Source of the DNA: Planctomycetota bacterium
GTDB taxonomy: Bacteria; Planctomycetota; PLA2; JAEUHO01
Reading direction: 5' to 3'
DNA: 64,000 bases
Assembly: GCA_020631815.1 (NCBI GenBank)
Contig: JACKGW010000004.1
Span: forward strand, 112,184 to 176,183
In this document: one piece after another, positions 48,985 through 58,007 of the stretch
Numbering within the stretch: position 1 is the stretch's first letter
Layout: each line of letters opens with the position of its first letter
Position numbers and translations under genes: made by a program
Notes under the pieces: model-generated
Databases searched by the model: none
What the model was told of the DNA's origin: nothing
The model's input: the letters and a program-made list of their open reading frames with translations, nothing else

Positions 48985-49815
48985 TCAGGCCAGCCAGCGA
49001 TAGAACGCCCAGGCCACGGGTCCCGCCAGCAAGAGGCTGTCGGCCATGTCCAAGAGCCCGCCCATGTGCGGGATCAGGCGGCTCGAGTCCTTCACGCCCA
49101 CGCGGCGCTTCCAGCCGCTCTGGGTGACGCCCGCCAGGATCGAGGCCGCGGCGACGAGCACGCCGAAGCCCACGCGCATGAGCAACGACCAGGACTGCTC
49201 GGGCTCGAGAGAAAGCAGGCCCGGCAGGAACACGGCCACGAGCACGCTGGCGGTGACACCACCCGCCGTGCCCTCCCACGTCTTGCCCGGCGAGACGCTG
49301 GGAATCATGCGGTGGCGGCCGATGGCCTTGCCCACGACCCAGCCGCCGATGTCGCTGGCCTTGGCCACGAGCACGAACAGGATCAGGCGCCGCGCGCCGT
49401 CGGGCCCGTCGGCCAGCTCGCGCGTGAAGGAGAGCAGGAAGCCGATGTAGAGCCACGGGAGGTACGACGCGACGATCGCGCCCACGGCCTCGGGACGCAC
49501 GTCCTTCAGGCGCGTGACGAGCGGCAGCACGATGCCGATGGCGACCAGCAGCGTGCGCGCGAGGTGCCGGTCGGCCGCGCCATCCGGCGCGAGCAGCCCC
49601 ACGCCGGCCAAGGCCCCCGACAGCAGCGCCGCCGGCAGCACGGCCATCGGACGCTCGGCGGAACGGAGCAGGCGCACCAGCTCGACGGCGGCACCGGCAC
49701 CGAACAGGGCCAGGAGCGTGTCGGACCAGCGCGCATCGCCGCTGTGGTCATGGAGCCACAGGACCCCGAGCACCACCCCCAGCACGATCGGCGCCACGAG
49801 AAGGCGCACGGCCAC
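48985..49815 (-). CDS. cdsA: Phosphatidate cytidylyltransferase (CDP-diglyceride synthase)
   Basis: The C-terminal signature is SxxKRxxGxKDxxxLIPGHGGxxDRxDS-like (SGWKRRVGVKDSSRLIPHMGGLLDMADS). Multiple TM helices. The start is placed at in-frame GTG 49815, immediately downstream of uppS. The upstream part of track ORF 48985..50532 overlaps uppS and is rejected. Confidence 0.7.
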   Translation of the reverse strand: MAVRLLVAPIVLGVVLGVLWLHDHSGDARWSDTLLALFGAGAAVELVRLLRSAERPMAVLPAALLSGALAGVGLLAPDGAADRHLARTLLVAIGIVLPLVTRLKDVRPEAVGAIVASYLPWLYIGFLLSFTRELADGPDGARRLILFVLVAKASDIGGWVVGKAIGRHRMIPSVSPGKTWEGTAGGVTASVLVAVFLPGLLSLEPEQSWSLLMRVGFGVLVAAASILAGVTQSGWKRRVGVKDSSRLIPHMGGLLDMADSLLLAGPVAWAFYRWLA

Positions 49816-49859
49816 GTCCGAGCTCGCCCGCTTGGCGGGCGGGGGGGCGGGGGGCGAGC

Positions 49860-50744
49860 TCACCGCTGCAGCAGACCGCCGAAGCTGCGCGTGCGCGTGG
49901 CGTAGTCCTGCAGCGCTCGATCGAAGTCGTCCTCGCGGAACTCGGGCCACGCCACGTCCGTGACGTGCAGCTCGCCGTAGGACATCTGCCACAGCAGGAA
50001 GTTGCTCAGGCGCTGCTCGCCCGCGGTGCGCACGAGCAAGTCCACGTCGGGCATCTCGGGCTGGTACAGCCGGGCACCGAGCGCCGCCTCGAGGCCGGTG
50101 TCGTCGAGGGCGGCCAGGTCGATCCGCCCGGCGGCCGCGTCCTCGGCCAGGCGCTTGGCGGCGTCGGCCAGCTCGAGACGTGCGCCGTAGTTGAGCGCCA
50201 AGCACAGCGTGGTGCCGCGGTTCTCGGCGGTCATCTCCTGCGTGCGGGCGAGCGCGCGCTGCACGTCCTTGGGCAGGCCCTCGATGCGACCCACCGAGCG
50301 CAGGCGGATGTCGTTCTCCATCAGCTCCTTGCGCTCGTCGACGAGGAACTTGCGCAGCAGGTGCATGAGGAACGCGATCTCGCTCTTGGGTCGCTTCCAG
50401 TTTTCCGTGCTGAAGGCGAAGAGCGTGAGCTGACCGACGCCGAGGGCCGCCGCGCGGCGCGTGACCGCGCGAACGCTCTCGATGCCGTGCTCGTGGCCTC
50501 GGATGCGCGCGAGCCCGCGGGCCTGCGCCCAACGGCCGTTGCCGTCCATGATGATTGCCACGTGGCGGGGGACGACGGGGCCCGGCGCGGCGCCGGTCGC
50601 AGCGGGCTGCGTCAGGTCCGCGGCCTTGGGTGAGGTCGCACGAGCGGCTTGCTCGGCCGCACGATCGGCGGGGCGCTGCCCGGCCTCGCTCGCCCGGGAC
50701 GCGGCATCGGCGCTCCGCGAGGCGGCGGCTTCAGCGTCTCGCAT
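49860..50744 (-). CDS. uppS: Undecaprenyl diphosphate synthase (cis-prenyltransferase)
   Basis: Motifs VAIIMDGNGRWA, LTLFAFSTENWKRP and LLVRTAGEQRLSNFLLWQ. A low-complexity N-terminal extension makes the exact start uncertain (ATG 50744 or downstream). Confidence 0.8.
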   Translation of the reverse strand: MRDAEAAASRSADAASRASEAGQRPADRAAEQAARATSPKAADLTQPAATGAAPGPVVPRHVAIIMDGNGRWAQARGLARIRGHEHGIESVRAVTRRAAALGVGQLTLFAFSTENWKRPKSEIAFLMHLLRKFLVDERKELMENDIRLRSVGRIEGLPKDVQRALARTQEMTAENRGTTLCLALNYGARLELADAAKRLAEDAAAGRIDLAALDDTGLEAALGARLYQPEMPDVDLLVRTAGEQRLSNFLLWQMSYGELHVTDVAWPEFREDDFDRALQDYATRTRSFGGLLQR

Positions 50745-50839
50745 CGTGCGCCGGCCTCGCAAGCAGCTCCTCCCCGCGCCCGACGACCCAGGACGGTGCG
50801 CCGGGCGAAGCGTATCACCACCCTCTCCCGCGTCACCGC

Positions 50840-52135
50840 TCAGGAGACCCCGACGAGTCGACCCCCCATGGCGATGAAGCGGTCGCGCTGCGGACCGACG
50901 CTGATCATCTCGACGGGCGCGTCCATCAGCGCTTCGAGCGAACGCACGTAGCGCTGGGCGGCGACGGGCAGGTCCTCGAAGCGGCGCACGCCGGAGATGT
51001 CCTCGCTCCACCCGGGGTGGACCTCGTAGACGGGCGTGCAGCGCTCCCAGTCCGGCGCGTACGCCGGGGGGGCCGAGATCCGCTCCCCGTCCAGCTCGTA
51101 GGCGACGCAGACCTGGATCTCGTCCAAGCCCGACAGTACGTCCAGCTTGGTCAGCGCCACTCCGTCCACACCGGACGTCCGCGCCGCGCGGCGGGCCACG
51201 ACGCCGTCGAACCAGCCGCAATCGCGGCGGCGGCCCGTGGTGGCGCCGAACTCGTTGCCGAGCTTGCCCAGGTGCTGGCCGGCGGGGCCCGTGTCGCGCG
51301 TGGGGAACGGGCCGGCGCCGACGCGCGTGCTGTAGGCCTTGACGATGCCCACCACGCGGTCGAGCGACTTGGGGGGCATGCCCGTACCGGCGAACACGCC
51401 CGCGGGGATCGTGTTGCTGGAGGTGACGTACGGGTAGCTGCCGTGGTCCACGTCGAGGGCGAAGCCCTGCGCGCCCTCGAGCAGGATGTTGCGACCCGAC
51501 TGCCATGCCTCGATGAGGACGTCGGCCGTGTCCGCCACGTAGGGACGCAGACGCTCGGCCACCTCACCGACCTGGTCGACGGCCTCGGCCGGGTCGATGG
51601 CGGGCATGCCCGCGCGGTCGAGGATGGCGTTCCACGCCACGATGTTGGCTTCGAGCGAAGCCGCCACGTCGGACGGATGGAGGATGTCGGCCACGCGCAT
51701 GCCGGCGCGGCGCACCTTGTCGGCGTAGGTCGGGCCGATGCCGCGGCTGGTGGTTCCGAGCGGACGGTCGCCGCGCAGCGCCTCGAGCGCCTCGTCCATG
51801 CGCTTGTGGTGCGGCAGCACGACGTGCGCGCGGTCGGAGAGCAGCAGGCGTCCCGTGAGGTCGATGCCGCGGGCCTGGAGCCCGTCGATCTCGCGGACCA
51901 GCGTCCAGGGGTCCACGACCACGCCGTTGCCCACGACGTTGAGCGTGCCGTCCTGGACCACACCCGACGGCAAGAGGTGCAGGACGTACTTCTCGTCGCC
52001 CACAATCACGGTGTGGCCCGCGTTCGCGCCGCCCTGGAAGCGCACGACGATGTCGGAGGCGGAGGCAAGCAGGTCGACGACCCGGCCCTTGCCTTCGTCG
52101 CCCCACTGCATGCCGAACACGGCGGTGACGGGCAT
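50840..52135 (-). CDS. purA: Adenylosuccinate synthetase
   Basis: P-loop QWGDEGKGRVVD, GGANAGHT, GIGPTYADK and the GTP-binding KLDVL are canonical. 431 aa. Confidence 0.9.
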   Translation of the reverse strand: MPVTAVFGMQWGDEGKGRVVDLLASASDIVVRFQGGANAGHTVIVGDEKYVLHLLPSGVVQDGTLNVVGNGVVVDPWTLVREIDGLQARGIDLTGRLLLSDRAHVVLPHHKRMDEALEALRGDRPLGTTSRGIGPTYADKVRRAGMRVADILHPSDVAASLEANIVAWNAILDRAGMPAIDPAEAVDQVGEVAERLRPYVADTADVLIEAWQSGRNILLEGAQGFALDVDHGSYPYVTSSNTIPAGVFAGTGMPPKSLDRVVGIVKAYSTRVGAGPFPTRDTGPAGQHLGKLGNEFGATTGRRRDCGWFDGVVARRAARTSGVDGVALTKLDVLSGLDEIQVCVAYELDGERISAPPAYAPDWERCTPVYEVHPGWSEDISGVRRFEDLPVAAQRYVRSLEALMDAPVEMISVGPQRDRFIAMGGRLVGVS

Positions 52136-52216
52136 GGGAACTCCCGGAAACGGGAGAGGGTACCCCGGCGGGGCGCGCCGACCAGCCCCGAGAGCGGCTG
52201 CCGCGAGCGGCCTCGC

Positions 52217-53383
52217 CTAGGCGCTCAGCGTCGTGGCAGGAGCCCCTTGGATCAGGCGCCGGAAGCGGTGGAACAGGTGCTGGGCGTCGTGCGGCCCGGG
52301 GCAGGCCTCGGGGTGGTACTGCACCGCGAACGCCCGCCGATCGGCCGAGGCCATGCCGGCGTTCGTCATGTCGTTCAGGTTGGTGTGGCTGGGCAGGAAC
52401 CCGGTGCCTTCGAGCGAGCCTTCGTCGACCACGAAGCCGTGGTTCTGGCTGGTGATCTCGATCCGTCCGGAGGCGTGGTCACGCACGGGGTGGTTGGCGC
52501 CGCGGTGGCCGAACTTGAGCTTCCACGTCTCGGCGCCGGCGGCCAGCGCCAACAGCTGGTGGCCCAGGCAGATGCCGAAGATCGGCACCTTGTCGAGCAG
52601 CCCGCGGATGGTCTCGATGGCGTACGTGACGGCCGCCGGGTCGCCCGGGCCGTTGCTGAGGAACACGCCGTCGGGCTCGAGCGCGAGGATCTCCTCGGCC
52701 GACGTCGTGGCCGGCACGACGTGCGGGTCGAGACCGAACGTGACGAGCGAGCGGAGGATGTTCCGCTTGATCCCGAAGTCCATCGCGACCACGCGGTAGC
52801 GGCGGTCGGGATCGGGGTCGTCACCCAGGCCATCCGGTCGACGGTCGAACGGCGCGGGCCAGGGCTGATCCCAGCCGTAGGCCTCCTTGCACGTCACGCC
52901 GCTCACAAGGTCCATGCCCGCCATGGAGGGCAGCGCCTTGGCCTCGGCGACGAGCGCGTCCACGTCGTCGGTGTCCGTGGCGAGCACACCGTTGATCGCG
53001 CCCGCGATGCGCAGGCGCCGGGTGAGCCGACGCGTGTCCACGCCTTCGATGCCGATCACGCCCCGCTCGGCGAACCAGGCATCGAGGTCCATGGTGGATC
53101 GGTAGTTGGACGCGATCGGCGCGAGCTCGCGAACGACCATGCCCTCGATCCACGGACGCTCGGCCTCGACGTCGAGGTCGTTGACGCCGTAGTTGCCGAT
53201 GTGCGGATAGGTCATCGTGACGATCTGTCCGCGGTAGGACGGATCCGTCGCGATCTCCTGGTACCCGGTCATCGACGTGTTGAAGACGACCTCGCCGGAC
53301 CGGCGGCCGCGGGCGCCGAACGCACGGCCCCGGAACACGGTGCCGTCAGCCAAGACGAGGAGGGCAGGGGGGCGTTCCGACAT
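52217..53383 (-). CDS. carA: Carbamoyl-phosphate synthase small (glutaminase) subunit
   Basis: N-terminal CPSase_sm domain (LVLADGTVFRGRAFG ... VFNTSMTGYQE). The class-I GATase triad context is GICLGHQLL ... HGF. Confidence 0.9.
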   Translation of the reverse strand: MSERPPALLVLADGTVFRGRAFGARGRRSGEVVFNTSMTGYQEIATDPSYRGQIVTMTYPHIGNYGVNDLDVEAERPWIEGMVVRELAPIASNYRSTMDLDAWFAERGVIGIEGVDTRRLTRRLRIAGAINGVLATDTDDVDALVAEAKALPSMAGMDLVSGVTCKEAYGWDQPWPAPFDRRPDGLGDDPDPDRRYRVVAMDFGIKRNILRSLVTFGLDPHVVPATTSAEEILALEPDGVFLSNGPGDPAAVTYAIETIRGLLDKVPIFGICLGHQLLALAAGAETWKLKFGHRGANHPVRDHASGRIEITSQNHGFVVDEGSLEGTGFLPSHTNLNDMTNAGMASADRRAFAVQYHPEACPGPHDAQHLFHRFRRLIQGAPATTLSA

Positions 53384-53425
53384 GGCGCGGAAGGTAGCAG
53401 GGGGGCCCCCGCGGGTCGGCCTCGG

Positions 53426-54220
53426 TCAGGGAGCGGCGGGGCTCCCGACCGCGGCCCGATTCACCAGGGCCGCCAGGTAGCCCGCGCCGAACCCGTTGTC
53501 GACGTTGACGACCGAAACGCCCGGTGCGCAGGCGTTGAGCATGGTGAGGAGCGGAGCCACGCCCTCCAGCGAGAACCCGTAGCCGACGCTGGTGGGGACC
53601 GCGATCACCGGGACGCCCACGAGCCCCCCCACGACCGAGGGCAGGGCGCCGTCCATGCCCGCCGCGACGACGATCGCGCGGGCCCGGCGCAAGGTGTCGA
53701 CCTCGCCGAGGATGCGGTGGAGCCCGGCCACGCCCACGTCGTAGCGTGTCTCGACCTCCTCACCCATCGCCCAGGCCGTGACGCGGGCCTCTTCGGCCAC
53801 GGGGACGTCGCCGGTGCCCGCGCACAACACGAGCACGCCCGGGCGCCGCTCGGTCGGCGGTTCGCGCAGCACGGTCACGGCGCGCGCACGTTCGTGGTGC
53901 TCGGCCTCGGGGAACGCGGCCCGCAGCGCCTCGGCGCGCGGCGCGTCCACGCGGGTCACGAGCAGCGTCGGCGAGCGCGCCAGGATCGCGCCGGCGATGC
54001 GGACGAGGTCCTCGGGCGTCTTGCTGCTGCCGAGGACGACCTCGGGGAAGCCGCAGCGAAGCGCGCGGTGGTGGTCCAGGTGTGCCACGCCGGCGAGGTC
54101 CATGTCTCGGGAGGCCGCCTGCGTCGGCAGCACCGCACCGAGCCGCTCGGCGGCCTCGCTCACGGGGACGCGGCCGTGGCGGACCGCCTCCAGCAGGGCT
54201 TCCAGGGCGGCGCGCTCCAT
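53426..54220 (-). CDS. LarB-like PurE-fold protein (putative pyridinium-3,5-biscarboxylic acid mononucleotide synthase)
   Basis: The start is set at MERAALEALLEAVRHG, 264 aa. The C-terminal PurE/AIR-carboxylase-like fold (LVLCAGTGDVPVAEEA ... IVVAAGMDGALPSVVGGL ... PVIAVPTSVGYG) follows a roughly 100 aa N-terminal extension, as in LarB homologues. The upstream 413 codons of track ORF 53426..55459 are antisense to the lipase gene and are rejected. Confidence 0.6.
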   Translation of the reverse strand: MERAALEALLEAVRHGRVPVSEAAERLGAVLPTQAASRDMDLAGVAHLDHHRALRCGFPEVVLGSSKTPEDLVRIAGAILARSPTLLVTRVDAPRAEALRAAFPEAEHHERARAVTVLREPPTERRPGVLVLCAGTGDVPVAEEARVTAWAMGEEVETRYDVGVAGLHRILGEVDTLRRARAIVVAAGMDGALPSVVGGLVGVPVIAVPTSVGYGFSLEGVAPLLTMLNACAPGVSVVNVDNGFGAGYLAALVNRAAVGSPAAP

Positions 54221-54318
54221 GGCCAGCAGCCTAGCGCGGGCTCCCCTCGTGCTCCCGGGAAGTCGCGCCGCGCGCGAAGGTCGAGCGTCCGCGAACCCCC
54301 GAAGCGCGGCGTCGAGAG

Positions 54319-55239
54319 CTAGGGCAGGTCCTCGAGCGCGGCTTCGTAGCTGGCGATGTCGTGGGCAGCACCCAGCGAGCCGAGCCGCGCGGCACGCTCC
54401 AGCAGGAGGGCCAGGACTCCTTCCAGTCCCTTGGCGAGTGCGCTCAAGGCAGCCAGCGGGTCGTCCAGCTCGAGCTCGCGCAGGATGGACTGGATCAACG
54501 AAGCCGTTCCAAGCTGGGCGTCGGTGACGTCGTGAAGCCCGCCAGCACTCGGCCTCCGTACGCCTGGCACATGCTGGTACCCCCACTCCCCTAGCGGCAG
54601 GTGAGGTACCGGATCGTGCGCTGCGGCAAGGGCGAGGTAGCGATCCCCCAGGGCGTTGCGTGCGGATGTCGCCCAGGCCCCATCTCCCACGCGAGGCTGG
54701 CCGAAGGTCGCCACGCCCTGCAGGGGCACGTGCGTCGTACGCAGCAGATCGAGTGCGGCGAGGGTCGCGAGTGCACCGCCGAGGCTGTGCCCGGTGATCC
54801 ACAATCGCAGGGCAGGGTCCGCTGCCTGCTTTGCGACAAGCTCGGCCTTCAGGGCTTCCCAGTCGTAGCTCCCGCTTCCCGTGACGGTGAGCCCTCGATG
54901 GAACCCTGCATGGCGGCGCCCGCCACCTGTGTCGCTCAGGAGCACGGCCCGGGCATTGAGGACCCAGTCGTTCACCCTCATCTCGCTCCCGCGGAAGGCG
55001 AGGACGACCCAGCCATCCTGCTGCAGGACCAGCAGCTGGGTGTCGGGGTCCACCCGCGTACGGGGCGAGCACGATCGCAGGTCGACGGGAACCGTGCCCA
55101 GCGCCTCTTCGAGTGCTGCAGGTCCGAGGTAGGCGAGGTGACTTGCCCGCGCGAGGGCGCGCAGGACATCGCCGTGGCCCACGGGGAGCGGGCTCGCCAC
55201 CGCCATGCCGTGGGGATCCGTCCATCGAAGCTGGCTCAT
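54319..55239 (-). CDS. Class-3 (fungal-type) lipase family alpha/beta hydrolase
   Basis: The start is set at MSQLRWTD. Has the nucleophile elbow GHSLGGALA preceded by VVLAFRGS and followed by conserved Asp/His regions (FGQPRVGD ... HD). This is the Lipase_3 pattern. The start overlaps the stop of the upstream patatin-like gene. Confidence 0.7.
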   Translation of the reverse strand: MSQLRWTDPHGMAVASPLPVGHGDVLRALARASHLAYLGPAALEEALGTVPVDLRSCSPRTRVDPDTQLLVLQQDGWVVLAFRGSEMRVNDWVLNARAVLLSDTGGGRRHAGFHRGLTVTGSGSYDWEALKAELVAKQAADPALRLWITGHSLGGALATLAALDLLRTTHVPLQGVATFGQPRVGDGAWATSARNALGDRYLALAAAHDPVPHLPLGEWGYQHVPGVRRPSAGGLHDVTDAQLGTASLIQSILRELELDDPLAALSALAKGLEGVLALLLERAARLGSLGAAHDIASYEAALEDLP

Positions 55240-58001
55240 GGATGCGGGCTCCCTCCGACGACCGGAGTCGCAGGCTCGCCGCAATGGTCGACATCCGCTC
55301 CGGACCGCAGTCGCAACGCAAGGTACTCGCCGATGGCTCGATAGGCTTCGAACTGCTCTTCGTCGTAGGCGAGGTCATAGGTCGGTGTGTGGGGAAAGCG
55401 ATCGTCTGACCGTGACCTCGACGCAACCACGACGGGCTCACGGGACGGTCCGCCTTCACCCCCGTCGTCGTTCAGGGCGAGCTTGATGTAGATGAGCCGA
55501 CCCTCCTCGGGCCCCGGCGGGACCGCGCTTGACGTGGCAACAGGATAGCGGACTGTTCCCTCGACGATCTGGGTGCGCGTGCGCGACCCGGCACTGGCTA
55601 GAAGAGCGGGCAGTCCCAGCTGCACGTCCACGTTCTCGTCGACCAGGCACTGCCGAATGGCCGACGCGAGGGAACCGCAGCGCAGCCCTGGGTCATTCTC
55701 GGCATCCAAGACCACGATGAGCCGACAGCGCCGCTGCACCAAGGCCACCAACCCCAGGTTGTCGCCCGCATGGGCGCCGTCGGACAAGTTGACGAACGCC
55801 CCCTCGGCATGAGTCGTCCCAGTGCACTCAGCGAGCATGCGCCTCAGCCAGGGCAAGGGCCCAATTGACGGCTCGCCGTCTCGTGTAGCGCGCGCGGGGG
55901 CCGTTCCGGGTCGGCCTTCAACATCCGAGTGCATCGCCGGATTCGGCAGCCACATGCCAAGGCGGATGTTGAACAGCGTGAGGAAGAAGGCGCGGGAGGC
56001 CGTGTGGAACCAGCCGAGGACACTGCTCACCGCGGCACCCGATACGGCCATGGCCTGCGCCAAGGTCAGGCGGCCGTTCCAATACTCGCGGGTGCGAACG
56101 AATCCGGTCAGCGCGCTTCCACACCACAGCGGCGAGAAGAAGAAGGGGATGGCGCGACGCCGGCTTTGCGTGACATGGGAAGCCCCCGGGACATTGAGCG
56201 ATGCGCCGAGGATGTGGTACGGAGCAGGGGGGACTCGCCCGCCTCGCGCATGCCCTGCCGCACCTAGTGCCTTGCACAAGCGGAGTTCGCGGTGATCGCG
56301 CACTCGATCGCGGACTCGGGCGGCGCCGATCAAGCCCTCGGGGGGGAGTGCGCGATACGCAGGCGTCGGTCCTCCCCCCTCGTCAGGCCCGCCTGATGAC
56401 CTCTCGCCAGCATCCGTCGGCGGCGTCGACTCCGACGGCCCGTCCTCCCACTGGTCGAGTGTGAGGTAGGCCTCGGCCAAACGGTCTCTGTAGAAGCCAT
56501 GGGGACCGAGGGCGTCGTAGTTGACGTAGGAGAGAAGGCCGACAATCGAAATCGCACTGCCCAAGGTGACGTAGAGCACGCCGGAGCCATGGAGCATGAT
56601 CATGGACGCTAGAACGTGCAGAAGGAGGCCTGCACCGAGGAGCAGCGTGACTACGGCCAAGCTTGGCAGGAGGGCGCGGCGCGTGAGCTGCGTCTGCCAT
56701 GAAGGAGGGCCCCCGTCCCCTTGCTTGCCCAGCCATCGCGCAAGCCAGGGCGCCGTGACAAGCGTCGTAGCGAGAGTCCATGCGGACGAGAGCTCCATGG
56801 AGCCTAGCCAAGCCGCGAAGGGAAGTAGCGCCGCGGCTAGCAAGCAAGCTCCAAGTCCGACAAAGCCGAGCCCGAGGAGGGCGGCCGCGAAGCTGCGCTC
56901 CACCGCTGTTCGACGCCCGCCCCTTCGTGAAGCGAAAGCCTCGGCAAGCAGCCCGCCCAAGAGGGCGCCGAGGAAGATGCCGGTCGGCACCCACGCGACA
57001 GAGCGTGGGCCGTCCCCTTGCTCGCCCCCCGCGATCCAACTCATGGCCAACCCCGTCAGGATCACGAGGATCACGATCGAGAAGGCGTGGCGCTGCAGGA
57101 TCACCTTCTCGACGGCGTCCTCCGCGGTATCACTCGATCGCGGCTTCCGCCTCTGACGGCCAAGCAGGCTGGCGAGCTCACGCTTCCATACGGCGAAGCG
57201 AACGAGTGTGTAGACCATTCCAACTGCCATGGCGCGAACGAACGATCTGCCTGTTGGATCCCAGGCGCCCATCACGAGCGTCCATGTGCGACTTGCGTTG
57301 CCCTCAGCCAAGGGTTGGAACAACGCAGAGCCGACAAACACGTGCGTGAGCATCGCGAACAAGCTCATGACCACTGCGAGCACCGCAGCGAAGAACAGCA
57401 GCGAGCCGACGGTGCCGCGGATCACTGTCCCCAGGGCGCGGAGCGTGTCACGGCGGAACATCCCCAGCGAGCCGATGACCAGGTTCCCGTGCGCCCGCAG
57501 GTGGTGAAGCTGCCCGGCAGCAGCGTCCCCTAGTGGGAAGTTCCCGCCCATGTCAAGTCCGGACCACGACCAGCGCGACTGCCCCGCCCGGGTTGCGCTG
57601 GCGGCATCCGGTTCGTCGGAGAACAAGGACGTGAGGCAGCCCCCGATGTAGCCGCCACCTGAGATGGTGGACAGAAGATCGAAGCGCGCTAGCAGGCCAC
57701 GCCTGGCGAGCCCCTGCAGGAATCCCAGGGCGACGGTTGCTGCCCGCAACCCTCCCCCGGACAGCGCCAAGCCCGCGAGCGTGCTACTGACCCGCGAGAC
57801 GTCCTCGGTCGTGCCGGTCTGGATAGAGGCCCGACGCCTGACCAGGTAGTCCAACTCGGCCTTGATTACGGCATCCGGGAGGGTCCGGTGACCACGCCTT
57901 CGTTCCTGTTGCTCCTGCGCCCCCGGCTGAGGAGGCGCGCCTGCGGCAGACGCATCCACCACGGCGCGGGAGGTAGCCCTGGGCGGCTTCTCGGTTGCCA
58001 C
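55236..58001 (-). CDS. Polytopic membrane protein carrying split patatin-like phospholipase motifs
   Basis: GTG start 6 nt after the upstream gene's stop. Patatin blocks: oxyanion GGGLRAA (around aa 82), serine elbow STISGGGYIGG (around aa 125) and Asp block LSDGAHAGDNLG (around aa 735). Between the serine and Asp blocks lie about 600 aa with at least 8 strongly hydrophobic helices (for example LLFFAAVLAVVMSLFAML, FSIVILVILTGLAMSWIAG, LLGLGFVGLGACLLAAALLPFAAW, LLPSLAVVTLLLGAGLLLHVLASMIML). Confidence 0.65.
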   Translation of the reverse strand: MATEKPPRATSRAVVDASAAGAPPQPGAQEQQERRRGHRTLPDAVIKAELDYLVRRRASIQTGTTEDVSRVSSTLAGLALSGGGLRAATVALGFLQGLARRGLLARFDLLSTISGGGYIGGCLTSLFSDEPDAASATRAGQSRWSWSGLDMGGNFPLGDAAAGQLHHLRAHGNLVIGSLGMFRRDTLRALGTVIRGTVGSLLFFAAVLAVVMSLFAMLTHVFVGSALFQPLAEGNASRTWTLVMGAWDPTGRSFVRAMAVGMVYTLVRFAVWKRELASLLGRQRRKPRSSDTAEDAVEKVILQRHAFSIVILVILTGLAMSWIAGGEQGDGPRSVAWVPTGIFLGALLGGLLAEAFASRRGGRRTAVERSFAAALLGLGFVGLGACLLAAALLPFAAWLGSMELSSAWTLATTLVTAPWLARWLGKQGDGGPPSWQTQLTRRALLPSLAVVTLLLGAGLLLHVLASMIMLHGSGVLYVTLGSAISIVGLLSYVNYDALGPHGFYRDRLAEAYLTLDQWEDGPSESTPPTDAGERSSGGPDEGGGPTPAYRALPPEGLIGAARVRDRVRDHRELRLCKALGAAGHARGGRVPPAPYHILGASLNVPGASHVTQSRRRAIPFFFSPLWCGSALTGFVRTREYWNGRLTLAQAMAVSGAAVSSVLGWFHTASRAFFLTLFNIRLGMWLPNPAMHSDVEGRPGTAPARATRDGEPSIGPLPWLRRMLAECTGTTHAEGAFVNLSDGAHAGDNLGLVALVQRRCRLIVVLDAENDPGLRCGSLASAIRQCLVDENVDVQLGLPALLASAGSRTRTQIVEGTVRYPVATSSAVPPGPEEGRLIYIKLALNDDGGEGGPSREPVVVASRSRSDDRFPHTPTYDLAYDEEQFEAYRAIGEYLALRLRSGADVDHCGEPATPVVGGSPHP

Positions 58002-58007
58002 GAGCGC

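Noticed and set aside
49816-50532. Upstream part of the 515-aa ORF containing cdsA
   Set aside because: It overlaps uppS in another frame with Arg/Pro/Gly junk composition. The CdsA-like sequence begins with the first hydrophobic helix at an in-frame GTG (49815).
50555-54322. 1255-aa plus-strand ORF spanning purA, carA and larB
   Set aside because: It is an antisense shadow of three strongly conserved housekeeping genes.
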